A stretch of 64,000 bases of DNA from Hydrolagus colliei (GCA_035084275.1 CM068757.1:6386001-6450000); one strand, 5' to 3'; positions 10,747 to 24,417 are shown, counted from the stretch's first letter. Made by a program: numbers and translations. The notes: generated by a model not told the origin, from the letters alone.

Positions 10747-12563
10747 CTGCAAACGTACCAATAAAACACAATTCCATCGCCGTAAAATGAACTGCATTTC
10801 ACCATCAGATTGGACCGTTTCTGTCGAGCTTACTTGCAAATCCTCAAGTCTACTTTTGATAACTCAATTGCTCATCAGATGACAAAATGTCACTGTGGGG
10901 GAAACGAGATTCTATCTTGCTTGTTTTTTATATTCATCGTCAACGCTTCAAGCCTATCCAGCACGGGTTAGATATAAAGTCCCCTCTCCTCCATCCTCAA
11001 TTGATGATGCAGAATGCAACAATTCAGTTTCATCCCCACCTAACAGCACCCCTATTGCACAAGACACTGTCCCACTGGTCCACTCATGTGGCTTTCGAGT
11101 GAGAAAAATCGATTGACACCGAAACAGAAGCAGTTTATGTGCTGTCGACGTGTTGTTATTAGAAGCTGGACCGAGACAAATTAATTCCATCCCATTAGTA
11201 TGGGCTACACTTGATTCCCAGTCCCACAGGTAAATGGGAATGTTCTGAAGCACTAAACTAGGCAGCTCGTACTTTATGATCTTCTCTAAGTGAATACACG
11301 TGAAACAGCTCATCATTTACATACTAATGAAGTCAATCGACTCACACAGCAAGGTCACTCTTGCACACGTGCCAGTTGTAGATCATGTAATAAAATTCCC
11401 ACCACTCGCATAAAGTATTTGAGTGACAGGAAAAGTGTCGTTTGTGCTGAAATTAGCTGCACTCAATTAGTAACAGAAAGTAACGCTGAAACTTGCTCTA
11501 CACAGCGACGGTTATTAGAGATTAGAGACGGTGCTAATCTCTGCTGAAAATAACCTGAAAATACGCAAGGGCATTAAGTTGCATCCTCCTTTTGTTTCCG
11601 AAGAAACTAAGTGTATTTAATTTCAAATAATTACCCATTTGATAAGGAGCCTGGTTGAAGAACACCAAGGGCCCCAAGATCAGAATTCGAGATTGGAGGG
11701 GCAGTGAGGATGAGTTTCCTAACAAGTGATACTGTCAGGCATGACTCAATCCAACTGAGATGATCAGCAGCAGTCAGTTCACCCACAGGCAGACGTACGT
11801 CTAAAAAAACAGTGCCGGTGAAATGACAGACCATCTACGTACTATTTTACACCCTGGATCTGAATCAGCTAAGTTCCTGAGCAAAGCTCTGTGTAACATT
11901 TGCAATCATTGCCAATACTGGCCCACAACAATGTTTTCTTTTTAAAAAAATTCTGGATAACTTGCGAGCTGCCCCATGAAATAATATAGAGATGGGTTCA
12001 TCTTTGCCAGAAGTCACCAGTCAGTGTGTACTCAATCTCATCTGGGCCAAAGGGAAGGGAGCAAAGATAGAAGTTCTCCAAACTCCTAGCGCACACCTAT
12101 ATTGGTGCTGCATGGAACAGGCTGGCTCTTGTCACCCACTCATTCACAACAATGATTATTTTGTTGCATTGGGGAAGGGGTGGTGAGAGGAGGTTAAAGA
12201 CAAGATGCAGAAAAATAGAACGTGGGAAGAAAGATGAGCGAGAAGTAAATCTAAAATAAACCTTATCTCAACCACAGCCTTTGATAAACAAATGCATCAG
12301 GATAAAAGATTTGCCCAGTTTTGTAATTTTTTCAGGAAAAAATATTTCTGATTTTTTTTTAAAAAAAGGTCTCGAGAAGAAATCAAATCACGAACCATTC
12401 CATCGGGCTTCTTAATCAGATCAACAATGTGGCGCAAGATTTGGGAGTGGAATAAATTAGGAATAGTTTAACAAGTTGAACGTGCCAGTAGGAAAGACAG
12501 TGATCTCAAAATATTGGAGAAACAAAGAATAATAAATGACATAAAACTAATAAATGTACTTAC

Positions 12564-12595
12564 ATATACCAAGAATGTTTCTGGATCTGGTCTAG
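12564..12595 (-). CDS. BRSK2: BRSK2 exon (~exon 9, 32 nt): LDQIQKHSWY(I)
   Basis: cacag|CTA GAC CAG ATC CAG AAA CAT TCT TGG TAT AT|gtaag; phase 0-2; corresponds to human LEHIQKHIWYI. Confidence 0.95.
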
Positions 12596-13854
12596 CTGTG
12601 AAGAAAAAAATATGAAATCATATATTAATTGGTGGGCAGCAGGATGAAGAATTGCACCATATTTTATTGTATAATTATATCTATATTCACACAAAACACG
12701 CACACAATCTATACACAACACACACACAATAGAAACATTTTAATAGAAAATTCTGTCAAAACTACATAATATGTTTTTCATCAAACTGCTATTTAATAGC
12801 AAACAGACTGAACTCTAGAATTCCATTAGGTTTTTGGTTGACGTGAAAGGTACAACAGGATACTTATTATAAGCTCATTTAACACACCGCAGTCAGTCGC
12901 CTTGGACTCGCCTGACACTGGTTACATGTTTACATCAGTGAATACGCTCTGTAAATGGCTGGAGGCAGCATTATTTTTCTTCCTTCAGCGGCAGTGAAAG
13001 GGAGGCTGCTCAGGTTTTTCAATAATGTCAGGGCAGCGTTGGCAAATTTACACCGCTGTGCTTTAAACACAAACAGATGTCGTGCCTGAATAATAAATCT
13101 TTAAATCCTCCCTGTCAAGAGCCAAGTCAACACAACCCGATAGAAAATAACTGCTTTTGCTTTAAATATGCATTCAAGACCACGCTCCCGTGTTGGGCAA
13201 GATAAATAGATTGAAACAACCAGTTTACATCGAATCAAAGATATTAGTCCCTGAATATAGTCTCAACAGCTTGAGTGTACACACTATAGCGTTACCTGCC
13301 TTTGATTAACAGCTTATGGAAGGTGTATGCGATTGGGTTAGGGTGGAGGATTAGGGTTAACCCTAACCCTAGATTGACGGCATTGCAAAAGATTTGCAAG
13401 TGCTGTCGTGAATCCCTGATGCGAGAGGCTAGGCCTCTGGAACTCTCGGGACAGACACCGATTTCCACTTTGACTTCCATAAACATCAGCGTTTGAGCGT
13501 CAGGATCGATCGTGACATCCAGGATTCATCAGTTTAATTTCCCTTTGCTCGTCTCCCAATTTACACCCAGCTGTCAATGTATCAGCAGAGAACCAGGGAC
13601 CCCCACCCAACCACCCCCTCACAACCTCCTCTGGTTTAACCAAAAAAGAGAGATGTCTTCTTTTATTTTCACTGGTAGGTGAGCTACCAACATGAACTTA
13701 TAACTTACTCAAGCGCAGAATATGTTTAACAGAAAAATAAAGGACTTCCTTCACTAAAGGTTTGTTGTGAACAGGAATAAGTTAATCAAATGGCAGGACT
13801 TTGTCATGAACCCGTGGTAGGAATAAAATCAGGCTCCTCAGGGGTATAATAATA

Positions 13855-13975
13855 TACTGTAATAATAATAATCCTTGTATTTGATATAGTGTCTTATCTT
13901 GTTGTCAAAACATCTCAAAGTGCCTGATGGAATTCAATGTCAAATGTAGTGACTGTGAATTTCTGTTGGGGAACA
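13855..13975 (-). mobile_element. SINE 3' tail fragment
   Basis: aataataatccttgtatttgatatagtg...catctcaaagtgc. Confidence 0.7.
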
Positions 13976-14168
13976 CTGTAACAGTAATTATCAAAATCAA
14001 GCCTAAAACTGACAAATTTACTTTGAATCTTGCAATTTTCAGAGCGTTTTAATATACATGAGCAAACTCAAGAGAGATTGCAGGTATGTATTTTTGCATT
14101 AGAAATAAATTTAAATTAATTAGAGCAGAAATATTAGGAGATATTGAGTGATCCGCGTATCCACAGTT

Positions 14169-14189
14169 GTCAGCACCACGCACAGCATT
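14169..14189 (+). promoter_or_regulatory. Candidate REST/NRSF-binding RE1 element
   Basis: gTCAGCACCacGcACAGCatt versus consensus nTCAGCACCnnGGACAGCnCC: canonical spacing, one core mismatch. Confidence 0.4.
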
Positions 14190-16838
14190 AGTTTTCCAGC
14201 TCATTTCCAGACTAATGATAATAAAAATAAAGCAAAAAGGGAATAGAAGCCGCAATACATTTATAATAGTGTTAACGCCACTCTAGAAACCAACTTCTTC
14301 AAAGAAATTTGAGAGCCATTAGTTCATCATTGATGGCAAGAAGGTGTGCATTAAATGATGATTAAAACACACCCATGCAGAAAGTAGACTGAGTGCTTCA
14401 GTGCTTAATAACAGTGTACGTCAATTAACAATGAATATACACCGAGCTCCGAGTGTTCAACTTTTATTTAGGCAGAAAATTAACTTTGCTGATTAACGGC
14501 TGATTTGTAATCTATCAGCCTATTGAATAGGGACAGCAGCATTTCTTAATCTCTTTGATATACTTTCTCTCCCACTCTTTGCAACTCGAAACTGCTCAGT
14601 CAAAGGGACTGATAACACAGCGTGGTGGGCATGCTTATAATGACCTTAACACATCCCCTTAATGATCTGGCCGACATGAAGAACTCATCATATGGGGAAA
14701 TTAAGGATGTTTCTCATATCAAAAGAACACAAAAGCTCCTTCCCACTTGAGATCAGCCTTCTGGAATTTCAGCCTTAATGTCTTTCTGATAACTGATTTG
14801 AACTGTGAATGAATTACCCTCTGTTTAAAGGAATACTTCCTAGAGGGACATAAAGTTGAGGTTCATTTCCCACGATGGAGAGCTGAGAAAAGCAACACCC
14901 AGTTCACTGAAACACAGGAGTGTTATTGTCTGCAAACCATGGGTGCGTGTGCAAGGTGGGTGGGTGGGGGGGAAGGAAGGTGTTTGCAAGTCCAACTGAT
15001 TTCTATCTACTGTTGTCTAGAAAATAAGGATTTAGTCATTCAAAACCATTGTGTCTCCAGTCGGTCTTCAAGTGTGTGTTCACGTAGCTAATAGTCAGCC
15101 TGAACACTTGCCATGTTCAAAGCAACTTGTAAGAGTTGCTATAACCTGTGCTAATCTTAAACATAAACTGATCAAGCTATTGTTTCTCAGCAATGATTAG
15201 ATTTGTGATGTAAACCGACTTCATTCCATTCTGAAATACTAAGCAGTGTAATTATTGTAGTATACACAAATATCACTGAGTCGGAGTAACATTTTGTGCA
15301 GAATGCAAAGTCCTTAATCGATATTACACCCTTCAAAACCCATGAAAAACAAACCAACCTACTGTTTCATTATGTACAAACTCAACAATCCCCACACAAA
15401 AAACTCAGCATTCACAGCAAATCCCATGATAAACTTGGTTATAACCAATGCAATTTTCCTTGCTGGAGAATGACAAGTTGATGTATTACAATGCAAACAG
15501 ATTTCAGCAGTGAAGGACGGGAAGTGAGTATGTAAATTCAGACAAGCCTTCAGCAGAGAATGCATTGCCGCTGTAATTGAGGTATCTACATATACATCTA
15601 ACAAAATGAAGAGCTTCGGGAGATAGGTAAAGAACTGAACACAAATTTATCCTGAAATGGCAGTTGTCCCATCAGTTAATGGCCAGGCAAAGCACAGGCT
15701 GCGGAATAGTATTTCATAGACATTACAGGGAATTAGAGAACTGTCAATCTCTGTATTGGGGAGATATTTTCAACAAGTTCTCTCACTTGAAAACAGGAGA
15801 TGGCAAATCCCCAAATTCACAATAAACAGTAAGCAGTTTTGAGAACTTTTTCTTTCCACGTCAATCAAATATAAAACTGCTGAAGGTTCAGGAGACAGGA
15901 GTTGGTGAAGGCACGGATTTCTCTATCGCGCGCTCCGATCCAGTTATCGAGATTGTTGAGTTACTGGCTAGTCTGACAAAAATAAACTCGGTGAAAAAAA
16001 GTGGAAACGGAGATACATTTAGCTACTCGTAGTGCTATATAATGCATATTTGTTGAACCTTAAATAAATAGAAAGTTTTAGCTGTACAAATGCAATTTTG
16101 CATTTTATATTGTATTTACAAGCAACGCCTAGAGACCAAAAGAGGCCTCTCACCTGCATTTGTCATGCCATGTTCTATTTACGACATCTATCTAAGTTTT
16201 GAACTGAAATTTGGAAGAGATAATCGATGAACAAAACATCACCACCTCTTTCAAGGAAAGAACAGCGGATTTCAGGGTCAAGCTTTGCGTTTTGTTGTTG
16301 AACACAGGGAAAGTAATGAGCAACATCCTCTTCATCCTACTTGCCAGTCATCCCCGGCACAGGTACAAATGGGTTTTGAACAAGAGTCACGAGACAACTG
16401 AAAAAAACTCTTGTCACAAAACACATCGGCAGAAAGTGCCTCCTGTGCCAATCACACAGACAACAGCCATCGCCTCCGCGACGTCATATTTTCTCTGTGG
16501 AACATCTCAAATGAAATTGCTGTTAATTAACCGCCTCCTTACAGTGATGCACTTTGCTGCTTCCTTCGAGAGTGAAGCACTGCTCCCACTCCACGTGATG
16601 TTCACGTCTGATCTGCTTGGCGGAGAAAATTATAATTGATAGAGAACATCCCCCAAAATTATACAAAAGTGATTTGCGTTTTAGAAAGAAAGAAATTGCT
16701 CGCTGCTTACCTGAAGGACAATGAATATATTTGTAATCTCAACAGCTCACAAATACACATCTTTAGTGAGTGATTCATCCCAACATTTTAATTGGAATAT
16801 CAGGGACTGAGTCATCAGTTGTGCTTCAGTTAGTCATT

Positions 16839-16940
16839 TTCGCCCACAAAATAGACAGTCAATTCAATTTGTGGTATATTCTGTGAAACGCTTTGACTAG
16901 TCTTGAAGACGAAATAAGACGTTACTTCAAATGTAATTTA
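16839..16940 (+). mobile_element. SINE 3' fragment
   Basis: ttcgcccacaaaatagacagtcaattca...tattctgtgaaacgctttga. Confidence 0.7.
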
Positions 16941-17230
16941 TTTATTTGAAGGGAGAGTTTTAATTAGGCTCAAAATTAGATTGGGAAAGAACACAACAAG
17001 CTGGGAAAGAACACCATTTCTTCAGCAATGAATTTTATTCCAATTCAGAGAGTTTTCACTGTGCACTTAAATGCACTTGACATAGTGGAACAATTGCATT
17101 GCCTCGCTGTCCTTGCACAATTTTTCAATGATATTCATGGAAGAATGGAGCATACATGATTCGTATGGTTAAGCAAGAGATTAATACGCCTGCTCAGTTG
17201 GAAGGGAAGAAAGGGAAAAGCAATACTTAC

Positions 17231-17377
17231 TGTCAAGCGTTTTGTGGCATCCACCTCGATCATTCCCTTTAAGAGATTTTGGCAATCCGGCGGTATAAAG
17301 TGTGGCATGTGAAACACTCCACGCTTTACCTTTTCCAACAACTGTCGCAGATTATCATCATCAAATGGCAACGCTCC
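17231..17377 (-). CDS. BRSK2: BRSK2 exon (~exon 8, 147 nt): [49 protein letters not shown]
   Basis: ttgcag acceptor, gtaag donor, phase 0-0; lies within ORF 17135..17389. Confidence 0.98.
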
Positions 17378-18130
17378 CTGCAAAACCAAGAGTGTTTGTT
17401 CATATTAGCAATATTGTTTATCACATCAACTGAGTGAGAACCATAGCAATAAATGTATTTATCTCTTCTTCACACCTTTAGAGCAGATAATGCTTAAGCG
17501 AAGGACCCAACAAGGATTGTGAGCTTAATTTCTAATTTGCTTTTTTGTTGTAGGGAGGAGGGCAAAACATTTCAAAATCGCAGCAAGAAGCTGGCTTATT
17601 GAGCAGAAATGGCACCTGGCACTCTGCCCTTTTCCCACATCCTATTTGTCTCGAAGGAGACGTCTGCATGAAGCTTTGGACACAAGTCAAAATGTGTTTA
17701 AATGGAACAAATATGCCGTACATTTCAAGCACTCTTATTGGATGATCACAACCAGAATGTAGAGAAAGTCTTGTGAACAAAAAGCCACCAACATATTGCT
17801 GGCATGCGATGATGACCATCATCTATTTGTGAATTGTCAAACATGTGAAACTATTGCGAGCGGTTAACATTAAATAGCTGACGTTGGAATCCATCAAACC
17901 GCATTCCAAAACTAGCAATCTTTTGAATATTTACAGTATTTAAAGAAAGGTAATGAAGAACTTATAAAAAGGTAATGAAATGACTGCATATGCTGTGTTG
18001 CTTTCTTGGGAGATAGCTCTTTACTTGTAGTCAGTCAAAGTGCCATATGACAACCTACATTAAAGAAAGAAAGTGAATGGCTTTTTTCCCCTCCTCCCCA
18101 ACCCCCATTCCTTACTTGCTATCTCTACCA

Positions 18131-18909
18131 AGAATCTCTATTAAAGACACTCTGCATAAACCGGTTCAATGAATTTCATTTGGCAGAGATGATTCCCATT
18201 ATTTTCTTTAAATTGCAGAATGTTCAGGACAGATATTGCTTCAAAGTGGACTTAAAAATGTAAGCATCCCATCTATTCTGTGTGACTGAATCCAGTCTAT
18301 CATGGTTGAGTTTTCTTGTGGATATTGCCATATTTGACAATTAAAACTACCCCTCCAATAAATAATTTCTTCACAGTAGCAGACTGCATGCAGTATTACA
18401 CCACGACGTATAGCAATATAATCTCTTTAAAGGGTTCAAGGATAATGAGAATCAAACACAATCGCTTTTAAATGCTTGAAATATGACAAACAAGAAGAAG
18501 CTGTCATAGCGGATACATGTACAGCAGTAAGCAACACATTGGTTCCAATAAATACTATTGCAATGCAATGCAACCTTGAAAAGGACTTTGGATCTTACAG
18601 TCACTCAAAGTTTTAATTGTCTAAGATCTGCGGACCTGGCTCTGCCTAAAGCTCCAGGCACGATATCAGCTTTGAAAACACATAGGAGCAGGAAATGCCA
18701 TCAGGGAAGAGGATATCCCCCCAATTAATCAGATCAAACGGAAAATAAATATATACAAGACGCTTGCAAAGGATATACTGTGCCGAGTCCACTTTGAAGG
18801 CAATATCTGCCCTGAACATTCTGCAATTTAAAGAAAATAATGAAAATAATCTCTAGAAAATGAAATTCATTGATCCGGTTTATACCCAGCATTTTTTAAT
18901 AGAGATTCT
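18131..18909. repeat. Long inverted repeat: arms 18131-18252 and 18786-18909, ~533-bp spacer
   Basis: Manual alignment shows ~87% identity between the left arm and the reverse complement of the right arm, including the 32-nt perfect block cattattttctttaaattgcagaatgttcagg. Confidence 0.92.
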
Positions 18910-19830
18910 GATCAGTTTCTCAAAATGAGGGTGGTTCCTCGGGGAGGAAATAATTAGAAAATCTTCCGGCATTTCTTTCTCTGTAACTGCTTGGTTTCTG
19001 CCAAAGTAATGGCACACCACATCTACTCATTGTAGGACACAACAGAATTTATCCGCAGGCCATGATTAATACTAGCTATAAATAAAAGCTTTTTGATCAA
19101 AGGACAGCCCTGTGTAATTAATGTCAGAGCCAAGGAAGCAGAGATCATGGCCCACATTAAATAATGATGAAAGAAAAATGGCTATTTTAAAATGTCAAAT
19201 CATATGCTCTTTCTATGTGTTATAGGTTTTAATGTGATTACTTTCACCACAGATCCAATTACAGATGGGAAATGCAGCAACACTATTCTATAACTCAGTT
19301 CCAACAATAATGAGAGTGTGACAATGATTGACGTGCACACATTTTGCTTCTTTTGTTTGCAAAAATGCAAACTCACACTATGAAAGCGTATTTGGCTTGA
19401 GGTACTCCAAAATAGGGTTGCAAGGAGGCTCATTTTATTTATGTATTAGAAAATATACCTTGCGAGAGGTCAAAAAGGGATTAATACATTCCTAAATTCC
19501 CTACTTTTCAACAGCATAGACTTATTTGCTCATAATATGTCAAACCTACTGGTAAGATGACCTTGAATTTGTTTATTCGGTAATCTTTTCTGATGGAAAA
19601 TACATTTCGAAGTACTGTACAGTACACTGGACTTTTTTGTGAACCACAATATTATTCGCTTCAGTTGAAAGTGTGCTGGGAGTTGCAGGTAATGTTTTTC
19701 CCTGGAAAGTTTCAGTTACATTTTACCATTTGTGAGTTCAGACTTGGAACTGGATGAATAAAGCTGGTTATACAACCAACAAAGAGAAAAATAACAGTTA
19801 AATGAGTCAAGACACTGTGTAATATCATGT

Positions 19831-20140
19831 GGAGTCCTCCAGCTCAGTGGTTAGAGCACTCGCCTTGCATGAGAGAGACCTGGGTTCAATTCCAAGCAGA
19901 GTGAAACCTTGGGCAAGTTTCCTTACTCCACACGCCTGATATTGATCCCTCGAAAAGAACAACAACAATAAATTGGTCATTCCAATTCACGACTGTTTGT
20001 GGGACACTGCTGTGTGCAATTGGCTGCTGCACTTCGCCCACAAATATACAGTCGATTCACTTTACAGTATATTCGGTGAAACACTTTGAGACGCCTGAAG
20101 GATATGAAAACGCTATATCCAATGTAACGAATATTGTTAT
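19831..20140 (+). mobile_element. Full-length tRNA-derived SINE
   Basis: ggagtcctccagctcagtggttagagc (A box), gggttcaattcc (B box), core and tail. Confidence 0.92.
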
Positions 20141-20618
20141 CTGACGTCTATGTACATGTGGTTAAGGCCGATTGTAGCATCCCAGACGTAATTCAGACGA
20201 CCTATCTGCAGACCACTGATGGAATCGACAACTTTAGCTGCCTGGTTCAGGTCACCATTGGAGCAAAGGCTTTCTCGTTGGTGAGCTTCAAAACAACAAT
20301 GTTGTTGGAAGATATTTACAGGCTGTTGATCATAAGTTACTGGAAGCCAAAAGGATCCAACAATGTTTCTACACATGTAGCACGTTTGATATGGATGTGA
20401 GAGACATCAATGTCAAATAAAACCCTCTGGGTGCTCAAGTTGCCGCTGTCTGACAGCACAGCAGCAACTCTTCACAATACAATAAATTCTACAAATGTAC
20501 TGCATAAAATTATCATTAATTCTATGAGCAGCAAAGTAAAATAGATTCAAATTGCCATTAAGCCAAAAATACAAAATACTAATCCTCTCATAATAGGTCT
20601 CTGAGCATCAAAAGCTCA

Positions 20619-20729
<111 letters not shown>

Positions 20730-21219
20730 CTAAATGAACACATTTTTCAATTAGGAAGCCTCTGCACAGAGCTATGTGGTGATTAAAGTAAAATGCGATT
20801 GCATTATCATCCTCACCCTCCGCCTACAACCATCAGCTCTTCAATGACAAAACACCAGAGAAACTAGTTCCGGGACCACTAAAGTAATTTAAGGAAAAAG
20901 TTTTTTTTTTTAATTGAAGTTTATTAATGGGCCTTTAAGCGAAGTGCAAATACTTTGAACAACTTTTTGACAGTTAATTCAGCGTACAATAAGCTTGACT
21001 GGAGAGACCGATTAAATTGAAGTACTTTCTACATTTTATCTTTTTTGAGTTCAAAAACACTCTAGGCTTTTTTTTCCGGCAACACAGCAATAGAGAACCA
21101 GAGTGCAGATGTTAAGCCTTGGGGAGAATACTGCTGCAGCATTGAACCTCCAGTCGTGGACTTCAATGCGCCTCATCTAAAGGCATACGCTGGGCTATAT
21201 GGTATGAAGAGTTTCCATA

Positions 21220-21335
21220 CTCTTTGTTAAAAAGTGATGTGGTATCTCTAAATGTCCGCTTCAACAGGTAGACAGGTCTCTCATCTTAATGCCACATTCA
21301 AAGGATGGCATCTCCAACAGGGTAATGGAGCACCA
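21220..21335 (-). mobile_element. Degenerate Deu-domain SINE fragment
   Basis: Reverse complement tgttggagatgccatcctttgaatgtggcattaa...gcggacatttagagataccaca resembles the Deu domain. Confidence 0.45.
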
Positions 21336-24309
21336 GGCATTACAATATAATATCAAATTACATTTATTTAGTGCCTTTCACGTCAGAAGGATATCCCAAG
21401 GCGTTGGACAGTCAGGGATTTGGACTCCGGTTATCAACTTGGGCTCTGGAATGGGGCTTGGACCCATATCCTTTCGTCCCAGAGGCCAGACGAGACTGCT
21501 ACATCAAACTAATGCATTTCTAACTGAATTAGATTATCTGTGTGATTGAAACTTAAATTGAAGGTCAGGGAAAAGGTTTCCATGTTCCCAGTGAAATGCG
21601 GTTCTTTGATATTACAGATTTCTGTTGGACCCTTTGTTCATATATTTTTATTAGAATTTTATGGCCTCATTAGCAGTATTCACTATTAGCATAAAATTAC
21701 CAACCTGTGGTTTCGCGAAGTAATTATTAATGAACGTAAGACATTTTACTTTTATTTTGCCTGAAGTGCTGATGGTGTATGGCTGATGAGTGGATATGTT
21801 ACTTGAAGTAAAATCAAGCCTCATTATAGCAGGCTTGAATTATTACAAATCTCCCACTATGACAAACCTTTCCCTTGGTCCCTGGCAAAGCTTTGCTTAA
21901 AAACATCAAGTTCACCCCTCCCCAATAAGAAACATGTTGCAGTAACTAACGCGCACTTAGTACAGCAGATTAACCTATCCCTTGCACTTCTTGTAATGAA
22001 TTTTAGCTCCTTGTAGAACAGCACAATTATGTCAAGTTACATCGGGGACCCATCGGACTTGGTACTTATCCAACAAGCAGATTGATTGAATAATACACAA
22101 TACTTGGGTTGCTTCATTGGATAAATCCTGAACAAGTCCCTTAGCCTTGTCACAGTTATATCATCAGCAGTAATTACTGCTAGCAAACTGAAGTTGATAA
22201 AAAAAATAAAGGCACTGTGGCACGTATGGTGAATCTGCAGCACAACAGAACATAGATAGTGCAAACTGGCACATATAAGATTACAATTTTCCTTTTAAGA
22301 GTTTTCAAAACCTCATAAAACCGTCATGGGTTTCATATCACAAATTCCCATTTTTTATATTTATGCACCTTGATCCGATAATAGATGAAATGACTCCAAT
22401 CCCTTCCTGTTTTACATCGTAATTTCATCACGCCTCTTTGAACTCATCTTCCACCGCTACAATCGTGGTGAGTCATGCGCAATGGTAATTGGGAAATGGA
22501 TTGAAGTACAAATGTGGGGTGAAATTCCAGCAGTCTCCGCAGCATGTTATAGCATCCAGAATTCCGGTAAAAATGATGAATTCTTCTTTTAACTTTGAAA
22601 TGGGGTTTCTGTACTTCCTTGCAAACAATTTAAAGGGAGCCGGACTCAAACTGAATGCTGTACGAATTTGCGAACTTTGCGGGGGAGTGATCTACAACGC
22701 TACATAAATAGACTAAATCGACACCAGTGTGGAATTTCTCCCCATAGACATCACCACAGAGCAGTAATGCTACATTGCAAACTTAATAGGAATCGGGTAA
22801 CTTTATTTTATTTTGTGAAACTACCTCTCATTCAGCAGATGATGGGAGCAAATGGGATAAATGGGTTGCTGGAGGCTTCAGTTACAACTCAACATGGCTG
22901 TTACTCTTTCAAATGGTCTGACCAAATGGATCAGCCCTTCAGCCACAATCTTGTGGGAGCTGTGTCAAGCTGCCACCAGTCTCAAATTCCAATGTCAGAG
23001 TAATCTAAGTTTCTTTTTATGCAGCATAACTGAAACATCACCATTTATCCATCAGTAATAGCCTGGCATTTTGCCCGTTTCTTTGGGAGAGAGAGAGAGA
23101 AAAAACAATTGGAACAAATTATGAGTCTTTCGCAAAGTGAAATCAGGCATGTAGAACAAAGTGCTCTCAGATCAAAGTTGCATTTTTTCTACATTTCTTT
23201 GACGAGTTCCCCGGATAACTAACTGAGAGTTGGTTGGTAGCAAGCCAATGTCCGGTAATAATGGAACTGTAAAGACAATTTGATCTAGGTTTATTATGTA
23301 GTGTTGTTGTTGTTGCAGTTATAACTCGTTTCCTCTTTAAGGTTTCCTACTGATGTTTCCTCTTACAATTGAGGCTACTTAAGTCATGGATTCAGTCCAG
23401 GAAAGCTATATAAATACAGTATTAATCCCTTCTCCACTGCTGTCACAACTGCTGCTTCCAGTGCACTGACCACTGCCAATCATTTAACCACATGTCTCAT
23501 GTTCGGCACTTTAGCTGAATCATCCGACAATCAGCAGTATTGTAGCAGCACAAAGACTATGGCAGTCACACTCAAATCCTTTTTACAGAATTAGTTTTCT
23601 TCCTGCCAGCATAGATGACATTTTTGGATAAGATTGTTTATTGATTTTTAAAAGAAAAAAAAAACCTCGATCCATGTTTAGGGAGGAAAATCTGTTTTGT
23701 GTGGGCTTGGATAAGGATGATGGAAGTGCTGTCGTTTAGCAGTTAGTCACAGAGCAGCAGAGGACCTTTTGGTGAGCTTCTCAGAACCAGAGAAGGCTGA
23801 AGTATGAAAGAACAGACAGTAAGAGCGGGTGCAGGAGAAGCAGCGGAAAGAAAAGAGCGAGGAAACAGCCTCGAAGAACAGGAGCCAAGGTCTGTGAAGT
23901 CCGTAAAGTCTCTCACCTGTAACCGTCATCCTTTTTTTATGGAACCCGCATTGCATTTCTCAACAGCCATTTCAGCTTTACAGCCTGAAGAAACACAATG
24001 CTGCTTTATGGACCCACAACAGTGCATTTATAAAGAGGGTTCTGCTGAGCCAAATCTATTTGCCATGTGTAAAGGAATCTAATGACTGTAATAAATCTGC
24101 ACTTTTCACCTTTCGTGCTTTCCTTTATTTTGGTCGTTTGAAAACATAACTAATTTCTTTCACTTCACTGCACCAAACGATATTTACATGGCAACCTGAG
24201 AAAACATTAACTTCTCGAAATATGGTTGGCTGGACGACAAGCATTGGTGGGATGCTTTTACAGTTCAATTAAGAAACGGTTATCAAATTCCTCCAGGGAA
24301 GATGCTTAC

Positions 24310-24343
24310 CCTGATGACTTCAGGACAGGCATAATGGGGTGAG
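24310..24343 (-). CDS. BRSK2: BRSK2 exon (~exon 6, 34 nt): SPHYACPEVIR
   Basis: ttcag|C TCA CCC CAT TAT GCC TGT CCT GAA GTC ATC AGG|gtaag; phase 2-0; the CPE motif replacing APE is typical of BRSKs. Confidence 0.97.
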
Positions 24344-24417
24344 CTGAATAAAAAGAGAAAGTTGATAAGAGTTAGTGCGTTGTTCTGCAGAATCACAAGC
24401 TGCTTATTTAAACAAGT

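Noticed and set aside
19831-19903. tRNA-like cloverleaf sequences (also 37240-37306, 48004-48075, 51440-51507)
   Set aside because: These are SINE heads followed by the SINE body, with degenerate stems; they are not tRNA genes.
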